Part shown: positions 1-6,529 of the stretch, piece by piece
How positions within the stretch are numbered: the stretch's first letter is position 1
How the letters are laid out: the number at the start of each line of letters is the position of its first letter
Assembly (NCBI GenBank): GCA_964615185.1
Contig: CAZTOS010000071.1
Location: forward strand, 1-10,127
Source of the DNA: an uncultured Thermococci archaeon
GTDB lineage: Archaea > Methanobacteriota_B > Thermococci > Thermococcales > Thermococcaceae
DNA length: 10,127 nt
Reading direction: 5' to 3'
Position numbers and translations under genes: made by a program
The notes under the pieces: model-generated
The model's input: the letters and a program-made list of their open reading frames with translations, nothing else
Databases searched by the model: none
What the model was told of the DNA's origin: nothing

Positions 1-185
1 TCTCTCTGACATTTTTGTACATTGAAAATTACTGCAAGTTGTGAAATGAATTTATAATGAAAAGACGATGACAGCGTCTAAATCCAAGGCTTACTATGGC
101 TTTGTTATTACCCCTCCAGCGAAAAGCTTTTATAATTCAAGCATTTTTATAATCTCATTGAAGAAATAAAGCAAAATTGCAACCT
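1..185 (+). promoter_or_regulatory. CRISPR leader with BRE/TATA promoter (5' extent may lie outside the window)
   Basis: AT-rich non-coding stretch abutting repeat 1. GAAAAGC-TTTTATAA at 121-135 fits an archaeal BRE+TATA; a second TTTTATAA is at 145-152. Confidence 0.8.
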
Positions 186-549
186 GTTCCAATAAGACTC
201 TAAGAGAATTGAAATCCTCTAACGTGAATAATATTAAAAAAAGCAAATCACTTGTTCCAATAAGACTCTAAGAGAATTGAAATAGTGGTACAGACCAGTA
301 TAGAACAATAACCTATCTCAGTTCCAATAAGACTCTAAGAGAATTGAAATTTCACTGCTATTTTTCCATTTTTTGCTGTTCTGTTTGTTCCAATAAGACT
401 CTAAGAGAATTGAAATCCGAGGAATTCACTGTAATTGAGCGGTTTTGGTATCGTTCCAATAAGACTCTAAGAGAATTGAAATATCGCTGTACTCGACATA
501 ACCTTCCGAGGCCTCAAAGGTTCCAATAAGACTCTAAGAGAATTGAAAT
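186..549 (+). CRISPR. CRISPR array: 6 identical 30-nt repeats GTTCCAATAAGACTCTAAGAGAATTGAAAT and 5 spacers
   Basis: Repeats at 186-215, 254-283, 321-350, 387-416, 453-482 and 520-549; unique spacers of 38, 37, 36, 36 and 37 nt. The 3' ATTGAAAT is the typical 8-nt Cas6 handle of Thermococcales type I/III repeats and sets the + orientation. Confidence 0.99.
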
Positions 550-616
550 CTTTGAGAACCTGTAGTGTCTCGGCTCATAGACTTCTATTTTAGATGGAGT
601 TTAATTTTCAATAAGT
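550..616 (+). CRISPR. Probable sixth spacer (550-586) and heavily degenerate terminal repeat (587-~616)
   Basis: 37 nt after repeat 6, ATTTTAGATGGAGTTTAA aligns without gaps to the repeat's first 18 nt at 9/18, and 6 of the 9 mismatches are transitions. Only 12/30 match over the full length. Confidence 0.5.
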
Positions 617-617
617 T

Positions 618-641
618 GCCTTGGAGGCTTTTTCTCTTTTT
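618..641 (+). terminator. Putative terminator of the CRISPR transcript
   Basis: Small GCCT-TGG-AGGC hairpin followed by the oligo-T tract TTTTTCTCTTTTT. Confidence 0.5.
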
Positions 642-643
642 CA

Positions 644-657
644 CCAAATTTTTAAAT
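644..657 (+). promoter_or_regulatory. Putative BRE/TATA promoter of the antitoxin-PIN operon
   Basis: CCAAATTTTTAAAT about 30-45 nt upstream of ATG 689; GGTGA RBS at 679-683. Confidence 0.5.
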
Positions 658-688
658 AATTAGTGCGAAGGTTAGAGTGGTGAGTTGG

Positions 689-970
689 ATGGCTGTTAAG
701 AGTGCTGATCGAAAAGTGTTTGAGTCAATTGTTGATGGTCTTGCCAAAGCCATAAAGGAAAAACCAGAAGATGTCATCTGGTTTTTCCAGGTTAGAGAGT
801 TGATGAGCGAGATTGATAAACCGATGAGTGATGAAAAGGCATGGAAGATTATTGTGAAGGATAAGAAGTCAGTTAAAATGAGCACTGAGGAGCTTCTTGA
901 AGTTGCAAGAAGAGAGTTGAGGAAGTTTAGGAGGATTGAGGCAAAGCTTAAGAAGCTTGGAGTAATTTAA
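689..970 (+). CDS. Small charged helical protein (93 aa), putative antitoxin of the downstream PIN protein
   Basis: ATG at 689 is preceded by GGTGA (679-683), so it is preferred over GTG 677. Its stop directly abuts the PIN ATG (TAA-ATG at 968-973). Size and position are typical of type II antitoxins; no family recognised. Confidence 0.75.
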   Translation: MAVKSADRKVFESIVDGLAKAIKEKPEDVIWFFQVRELMSEIDKPMSDEKAWKIIVKDKKSVKMSTEELLEVARRELRKFRRIEAKLKKLGVI

Positions 971-1465
971 ATGCTTAAGCTTGAGGTTGTTTTAGACACT
1001 TCTATTCTAATCAGTGCTTTAAAATCGAGAGATGTTAAACGGAGTCCTTCTTGGAAGATTTTAACTCTCCTTAGTGAAGACAAGTTGGTTAATTATGGTT
1101 CTAAGGAGACTATTAAGGAGATGAAAGAGACGCTCGCAGTTATTGGTCTGCTTGTTGGAAAGCCTGAAAAGGCTAAGGCTATTTATCATTTGGTGCTGGA
1201 TCATACTAAGCGAGTTTCTCCAAGAGTCGAGTTTGAAAAGGATAGAGAGCTTGTTAAGTTGGTTGGTCATGTTGACGATGTCAAGTTTTTGAATGTTGTT
1301 TATGCATCAAAGTCTCATTATTTGATCAGCATGAATGTTAGGCATCTGGTGAAGTTGCGAGATCCAAAGACGCTTAAGTTTAATCTCAAAAGGCATTGGT
1401 TTTACATATTCAAAGATTCAGGAATTCATAAAACACATAAAAGAAAAGTACAAATGGAAATCTAA
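971..1465 (+). CDS. PIN domain protein (PIN_3/COG1569-like putative toxin), C-terminus possibly frameshifted
   Basis: N-terminal VVLDTSILISAL, SKETIKEM helix, HVDDVKFL and A..YLIS.N.RHL match PIN_3-type motifs. Confidence 0.88.
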   Translation: MLKLEVVLDTSILISALKSRDVKRSPSWKILTLLSEDKLVNYGSKETIKEMKETLAVIGLLVGKPEKAKAIYHLVLDHTKRVSPRVEFEKDRELVKLVGHVDDVKFLNVVYASKSHYLISMNVRHLVKLRDPKTLKFNLKRHWFYIFKDSGIHKTHKRKVQMEI

Positions 1466-1653
1466 AAAGAGTGAAAAACGGTTAAGCGCTCAAAAAGCTG
1501 GACATGCCTTTTTCATTAGTTTTCTATATTCTTTAACTCCAAGAGAGGTACCTACTCATGCGGATTAATTAAACAATTCAACAATTACAGAATTAAACAT
1601 CCACATAAGACAATGTTTATATTTTTAAAATGGCACTCCATTTGGGATGAAAA

Positions 1654-2646
1654 ATGTTGCCTGTTGGAAAAGTTCCACCAGAGAAACTTAAAAAAATAGT
1701 TTTTAAGCACTTAGGTGCTCAGGGAAGGGATGTTGTCATTCGATCAGGAATTGGTGTTGATGCCGCCGCTGTTGACTTTGGCGATAAAGTCCTCGTAGCA
1801 TCTACAGATCCGATAACAGGCGCAGAAAAACATATAGGCTTTTATGCGGTCAATGTGAATGCAAATGATGTTGCGACTTTTGGAGCAAAGCCAAAGTGGT
1901 TTTTAGTTTCAATTCTTCTGCCTGAAAATGCTGATGAGAGTCTTCTAAAGGAAATAATGGCGGATATTGATAAAAGTGCGAAAGAACTTGGCATTGCAAT
2001 CATCGGCGGACACACCGAAGTTACTCCTGGCTTAAAGAGGCCGATAGTTGTTGGCACAATGCTTGGCGAGGTTAAAAAAAATAAGCTTGTGTATGCTGGA
2101 AATGCAAAACCAGGGGATGCAATTATTCTCACAAAGGGAGCAGGAATTGAAGGAACAGCAATCATAGCAAGTGAACGGGAGGAGGAGTTGGTTAAAGTAT
2201 TCGGAAGAGAATTCGTTGAGAGGGCAAAAGCCTTTCTTTGGAATATAAGTGTTGTAAAAGAGGCGTTAATAGCGAATGAAATTGGAGTAAATGCAATGCA
2301 TGATCCTACAGAGGGAGGAATTGCCAATGGGTTGCATGAGATGGCAGAAGCCTCTGGATTGGGCTTTAGGGTGCATTACGATTCTATCCCAATAGCAGAA
2401 GAAACGAAAAAAATCTGTGAGTATTTCAACTTGGATCCTTTGGCATTGATAAGTTCAGGAGCACTTTTAATTTCAGCACCAAAGGAAAAGGCAGAGGGTA
2501 TCATCGCTGCCCTTGGCAAGGAAAATATCACCGCTTCAATAATTGGGGAATTCCTTGAGGATAAGAGGAAAAGGGTAATCATAAAGGAAAGAAAAGAAGA
2601 AGAGCTCAAGCAGCCTTTGAGTGACGAGCTTTGGAAGGTTGTGTAG
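1654..2646 (+). CDS. AIR synthase-related (PurM/HypE/ThiL superfamily) protein
   Basis: Motifs GIGVDAA, STDPITG, NVNANDVATFGAKP, IIGGHTE, AKPGDAII and MHDPTEGGI. It lacks the C-terminal PR(I/V)C of true HypE. Confidence 0.92.
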   Translation: MLPVGKVPPEKLKKIVFKHLGAQGRDVVIRSGIGVDAAAVDFGDKVLVASTDPITGAEKHIGFYAVNVNANDVATFGAKPKWFLVSILLPENADESLLKEIMADIDKSAKELGIAIIGGHTEVTPGLKRPIVVGTMLGEVKKNKLVYAGNAKPGDAIILTKGAGIEGTAIIASEREEELVKVFGREFVERAKAFLWNISVVKEALIANEIGVNAMHDPTEGGIANGLHEMAEASGLGFRVHYDSIPIAEETKKICEYFNLDPLALISSGALLISAPKEKAEGIIAALGKENITASIIGEFLEDKRKRVIIKERKEEELKQPLSDELWKVV

Positions 2647-3646
2647 ATTCTTGACCTAAAGTTCCTTTCTCTTGCTCTTTCCACTCTTCCAGCAGTGTTA
2701 CAAGCAGTCCCAAAGCTACAGGTCCAATTATAACTCCCTTTATCCCAAAGGACATTATTCCACCAAAAATGCCTATTAATGCAACTACTGAGCTAACCTT
2801 TGCACCCTCAGCAACAAGCTTTGGTTTTATAGTTATGTCTGGTATTGGTGAGATAAAAATTGCTCCATATATTGCGAAGAGTATACCAGAGATTATGTTT
2901 CCAGTTTTGATTAAATATATGGCGCCGATTATCCAGAGTATCCAGCCTCCAATTACGGGCAAAAGTTCAAGCACTATGCACAGTATTCCGGCGGCAATTG
3001 CACCGCTGACAGGTGTTATGTCAAACAGCACAAAACCAACGGTAAGAAAGATACCCTTGAGAACACTGAGCATTAGCCAGGTTCTCAGAATTGCATTAAG
3101 AGTTATCTTAGCTCTTTCAACGAGACGTATGCCAAGATCTCTGTTTTCCTTTGGAAGAAGACGATAGACTTCCATTGCAAGGAATTCTGAGTTTGTCAAA
3201 ATGGCATAAAATAGCGCAAGAAAAACTATTGCCTGCAACGTGAATTTTGGAAGGGAGAAAGTGTATCCAAGTAGAATATCTCCAAGTTTTTCTGGAATGG
3301 TCTTTGAAAGCACTTGGATGCTTTCTCCTATTCCAAAGGGGATATTCACACCCAAAAGCCAAGTGAAGAAGTCTCCTATGTAAATATACAGATAATTCAG
3401 AACATCTCTCAGCCATAATGCAGCTCCTATGAGAAGAACTCCTGTAAAAAGTGCCATCATTGCAGTAAGCATAACCGCAGATTTTTTATTTCCAAATTTT
3501 TGAGAGAGTCGCATGTGAAATGGATGAAATATGTAAGCCATTGCAAGGCTGAATATTATCGGAGAGATCAAGGGCTCAACAGTACGCCACACTAAGAAAA
3601 GTATAATAAGGGAAATCCCAATCCAGACAAGAGTTTCGGTTTTCAT
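2606..3646 (-). CDS. AI-2E family (PerM/UPF0118) transporter
   Basis: Multi-TM protein with AYIFHP, LELLPVIGG, PDITIKPKL and GGIMSFGIKGVIIGPV motifs. Confidence 0.92.
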   Translation of the reverse strand: MKTETLVWIGISLIILFLVWRTVEPLISPIIFSLAMAYIFHPFHMRLSQKFGNKKSAVMLTAMMALFTGVLLIGAALWLRDVLNYLYIYIGDFFTWLLGVNIPFGIGESIQVLSKTIPEKLGDILLGYTFSLPKFTLQAIVFLALFYAILTNSEFLAMEVYRLLPKENRDLGIRLVERAKITLNAILRTWLMLSVLKGIFLTVGFVLFDITPVSGAIAAGILCIVLELLPVIGGWILWIIGAIYLIKTGNIISGILFAIYGAIFISPIPDITIKPKLVAEGAKVSSVVALIGIFGGIMSFGIKGVIIGPVALGLLVTLLEEWKEQEKGTLGQESTQPSKARHSKAA

Positions 3647-3647
3647 G

Positions 3648-4121
3648 TCACCATCTCCCTATGTATCTCAGTATCAGCTCCCCTGCAGAGGGCTTATTAA
3701 AGAGGAACAGACGATTTTTAATGCCGTCAAGCAGAAAGTTCTTCCCCAAAGCTAAAAGCCCATCCTTAAGCTTGTAGATTTCTGCTTTTTCAAAGTCGAT
3801 GCTCTCTTTTACTTCTCTCGGAGCTTCAATGTTCTCCAAAATCGCCTCAAGCTTGTCGATAACTGCTCTACTCACAAATTTGGGCTTGCTAAGCTTGAGT
3901 TCCTCTGCTTGAAGTTCGCTGGCATCCATGTAAATACCCCAAAATTCCTTTGCACATTCGAATGGATAAACGTACTCTCTTCCATAATCTTGGAGATATA
4001 GCTCATAAATAATCGCCAGCAGGATTTTTCTGGCATCACTCCCATAGAACTCTATCCTCAAATTGAATTTTCCATCCTCAAATCCATTCTCAAAAACCTC
4101 AAGCTTTTCCTCACACTGCAT
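3648..4121 (-). CDS. PH1570-family conserved Thermococcales protein of unknown function
   Basis: MQCEEKLEVFENGF...YELYL..YGREYVYPFECAKEFW resembles P. horikoshii PH1570 as recalled. Tightly packed between sppA (4-nt gap) and the AI-2E gene (1-nt gap). Confidence 0.75.
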   Translation of the reverse strand: MQCEEKLEVFENGFEDGKFNLRIEFYGSDARKILLAIIYELYLQDYGREYVYPFECAKEFWGIYMDASELQAEELKLSKPKFVSRAVIDKLEAILENIEAPREVKESIDFEKAEIYKLKDGLLALGKNFLLDGIKNRLFLFNKPSAGELILRYIGRW

Positions 4122-4125
4122 GAGC

Positions 4126-5142
4126 TCACCCCCTTATGTAAGAGTAAACATAATTAGCCGGCATGTAGAGGGATGAGCTCTCATAGATTCCAAAATCTGT
4201 CCTTTGAGCATCATACAGAACAACCTTGGCAGTTTTGACACCCATGAGCTGTTCAAGAACTTTGATTGCATATTCAAGATCCCCAGTGTCGTCCACAAGA
4301 ATGCCCTTAACATCCGTTGCAAACCATGTTTGACCAGTTGCATATTTCTTTGTCGTGTTCATGTCAAGATGTCTCCCTTCACTTACCACCTGGAGAAAGT
4401 CTTGGAAGTATGTATCTATGATGTTTTTTATCATCTCCCTTTCTTCGGGTGTTAGATCCCTCCACTCTGCCCCCATATCCTTATATTTCCCAGTTTTAAA
4501 GACATTAACTTTAATTCCATTTTGAGCATAATACTGCTCGAGATCATAATGAACATATAGGACTCCAATGCCACCAACTTCTGCCAAAGGGTCTGCAATT
4601 ATCTTATCGGCGACACAGGCTATGAAGTATCCTCCTGAATCCGCATACCCCCCGGTATATGCAACAACTGGCTTACTATAGCTGAGCTTTTTCAGCTCTT
4701 TGTGAATCACCCTTACTGGGCCCACATATCCCCCTGGGCTCTCAATCCATAGTAAAACTCCACCTATACTTTCATTCTCCTTTATCTGTCTGATTTTTGA
4801 AACCACATCCAGTGCCACGTTCTCATCTATTGGACCCATTATGGGTACTATGGCTATTGTTGTGTTTGCTCTAACGGGTTGCCTTTTTCTCAGCTGTTCT
4901 TTAAGATATTCAATTTGCTGTTGAAGTTCCTCAATTTTAGCCTGCAATGCAGTTATGTTACCTGTAGAAGTTTGAACTGTTATATTTGGAACTTCAACCT
5001 TGACCTCTGTTGTTCTGTTCGTTACTAATGCCTTTTGAAGCTCGCTGTTCTGGGTGTAGAGGAGTACATTGCTAACAACTGCCAATGCAAGAAGAAGAGT
5101 TAGGATGAACGTAAGGTACTTCCAGATTTCCTCTTTATCCAT
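4126..5142 (-). CDS. sppA: Signal peptide peptidase SppA (peptidase S49, Ser/Lys dyad), 338 aa
   Basis: N-terminal TM helix and coiled coil; IESPGG, ADSGGY (catalytic Ser), GGIGV, KTGKYKDMG (catalytic Lys) and VSEGR motifs. Start placed at ATG 5142 (MDKEEIW) because of the GGTGA RBS at 5151-5147. Confidence 0.95.
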   Translation of the reverse strand: MDKEEIWKYLTFILTLLLALAVVSNVLLYTQNSELQKALVTNRTTEVKVEVPNITVQTSTGNITALQAKIEELQQQIEYLKEQLRKRQPVRANTTIAIVPIMGPIDENVALDVVSKIRQIKENESIGGVLLWIESPGGYVGPVRVIHKELKKLSYSKPVVAYTGGYADSGGYFIACVADKIIADPLAEVGGIGVLYVHYDLEQYYAQNGIKVNVFKTGKYKDMGAEWRDLTPEEREMIKNIIDTYFQDFLQVVSEGRHLDMNTTKKYATGQTWFATDVKGILVDDTGDLEYAIKVLEQLMGVKTAKVVLYDAQRTDFGIYESSSLYMPANYVYSYIRG

Positions 5143-5237
5143 AGCATCACCTAACATTAAAGTTATGCTGGAAACTTTTAAATGTGGTGCCAAAGATTTT
5201 TATATAATACATGGGGAAACAGAGGCAGGTGTGAAAG
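5143..5237. promoter_or_regulatory. Divergent promoter region between sppA and the TIM-barrel gene
   Basis: 95-nt gap with TTTTTATATAA (about 5197-5207, + strand) and TTTAAAA (about 5176-5182, - strand) TATA-like boxes. RBS-like GGTGA and AGGTG precede the two starts. Confidence 0.55.
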
Positions 5238-6044
5238 ATGGAAATTGGAGTCAGCATTTATCCTCACTTTGTGAATAAGGACAAGAGCTTACCCTCAGTC
5301 TTAGCAGATGTGAAAATTAAGAAGTATGACTTTGTCCAGATATTTCCACATGCTCTTGGGCTAATAAAAAACGGCGAGGTTGTGGAAAAAAAGCTTCGTT
5401 CAGTGGAGGCTGCACTGAAAGGTGTAGGAATAAATTACATAGTTAGAATGCCTATCTCTGTAAATTTAAGGGACCATATCTACTACTCAAGGCATTTTAA
5501 GGTTGCAAAGGCAGTTGCTGATGTTGCAATAAAACTTGGAGCAAAAATAATAGTCATGCAAAGTGGAAAAACGGGCAGACTTGATTTGGAGATTGAAGCG
5601 ATCCAGCAGCTCGCAGATATGGTGGGTAAGTTTGGCATTAAAATAGCACTTGAAAACACATTCAGCGTTAAAGACACACTTTATGTTATAGACAACGTTG
5701 ATAGAGACAATGTGGGATTCGCACTTGATGTGGCACATGCGTTCCTGAGTGCTCAGGGAGATGAAAACAAACTCCTTGAAGATGTCAAACTTGGCACAGA
5801 AAAGACAGTGATTCTGATGATACATGATAATTTCGGCAAATTGACCCCCCAGGTTAAACCAGAAGATGCTCTCGCTTATGGAGTTGGTGATTTGCATCTC
5901 CTACCCGGAGAGGGTAAGATACCCTTTGGAAAAGTTCTTAAACTGTTCGGTGATGTTCCCTTGTTGCTGAAGGTCAAAGACCCTGATAAATTTGCAAAAC
6001 TGCCGGATAAGCAGACACTGATTGAAATCCTGACAAGTATCTAA
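5238..6044 (+). CDS. Sugar phosphate isomerase/epimerase family (AP endonuclease 2 / xylose isomerase-like TIM barrel)
   Basis: Motifs [20 protein letters not shown] and [13 protein letters not shown]. Confidence 0.88.
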   Translation: MEIGVSIYPHFVNKDKSLPSVLADVKIKKYDFVQIFPHALGLIKNGEVVEKKLRSVEAALKGVGINYIVRMPISVNLRDHIYYSRHFKVAKAVADVAIKLGAKIIVMQSGKTGRLDLEIEAIQQLADMVGKFGIKIALENTFSVKDTLYVIDNVDRDNVGFALDVAHAFLSAQGDENKLLEDVKLGTEKTVILMIHDNFGKLTPQVKPEDALAYGVGDLHLLPGEGKIPFGKVLKLFGDVPLLLKVKDPDKFAKLPDKQTLIEILTSI

Positions 6045-6427
6045 AGCCTTAACCTTTCCTTTATCAGCTTCAGCAGTTCCCCAAATGCTATTCCAATAAC
6101 TTCCTTTTTTCTTGTGAAATGCAGAACATCTGGAGTGAGGTTATCCTTAATTATCTCAGCAGCTTCCTCAACTGTAATCTTCCCCTCAAACCAAGCATAG
6201 GCTATTATCGCCTCTGCTATATCACCTTTTCCATGTTTGTCCGTTCTTGGAGGTATTAGGTGGGTAAGTCCAGCTCTCTCAAGTGCTAAAGCCAGAGAAG
6301 AGTTTGGAACCCTTCCAGCTGATGGATATCCCAAATACTCACTTAATGCCAAGGAGAATATGAAATTAACAAGGGAATCACCGAACTTTGAAAGATTCTT
6401 GTCTGTGAAGTCTTTCGAATATTTCAT
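6041..6427 (-). CDS. Stand-alone ribonuclease III-domain protein (archaeal, Mini-III-like, no dsRBD)
   Basis: [10 protein letters not shown] resembles the RNase III signature [17 protein letters not shown] resembles VSN..LA, and GDIAEA resembles AD.FEA; 128 aa. Confidence 0.8.
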   Translation of the reverse strand: MKYSKDFTDKNLSKFGDSLVNFIFSLALSEYLGYPSAGRVPNSSLALALERAGLTHLIPPRTDKHGKGDIAEAIIAYAWFEGKITVEEAAEIIKDNLTPDVLHFTRKKEVIGIAFGELLKLIKERLRL

Positions 6428-6447
6428 ATTCGGTCTGAAAACTGCCC

Positions 6448-6465
6448 AAAACTTAAGTTTTTTGG
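6448..6465 (-). promoter_or_regulatory. Putative BRE/TATA for a leaderless RNase III-like transcript, overlapping a 14-bp palindrome
   Basis: Minus strand reads CCAAAAAACTTAAGTTTT, with the TTAA core about 26-29 nt upstream of ATG 6427. No RBS precedes that ATG. Confidence 0.5.
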
Positions 6466-6510
6466 TCTATATTTTACGAGTTAAAATTTGAAAATTGGCT
6501 GAAAATAACC

Positions 6511-6529
6511 AAAAATTGAGAAACAAAAA
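6511..6529 (-). terminator. Putative oligo-T terminator after rpoL
   Basis: TTTTTGTTTCTCAATTTTT directly after the rpoL stop on the minus strand. Confidence 0.5.

Noticed and set aside
63..79. AGACG...CGTCT hairpin in the leader
   Set aside because: A 5-bp stem, expected by chance and unlikely to be stable.
163..253. Similarity between the leader end (AAAGCAAAATTG) and the end of spacer 1 (AAAGCAAATC)
   Set aside because: Only an 8-nt A-rich match, consistent with chance.
417..452. Self-targeting by spacer 4 (AGGAATTCA also at 1420-1428; GCGGTTTT near 7791)
   Set aside because: The matches are 8-9 nt and do not extend.
344..529. 61-aa ORF in the ORF track
   Set aside because: It is a translation across CRISPR repeats (repeated SNKTLRELK), not a gene.
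800..888. C/D-box sRNA-like pattern (TTGATGA...CCGA..TGATGA...CTGA)
   Set aside because: It lies within a coding region and the terminal D box is not at the expected guide distance. The motifs are explained by Met/Ser/Asp/Glu codons.
1493..1610. Possible minus-strand gene remnant (LGVKEYRKLMKKACPAF*) between the PIN and AIR-synthase genes
   Set aside because: Too short, bounded by an upstream in-frame stop, with no start or RBS and no recognisable homology.
1654..2646. Calling the gene hypE or thiL
   Set aside because: It lacks the C-terminal PR(I/V)C, has no supporting gene context and shows no clear ThiL-specific features.
5143..5193. N-terminal extension of SppA in the ORF track (start 5193); likewise rpoL start 6826
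   Set aside because: Downstream ATGs have properly spaced GGTGA RBSs, and the extensions overlap promoter or RBS sequence.
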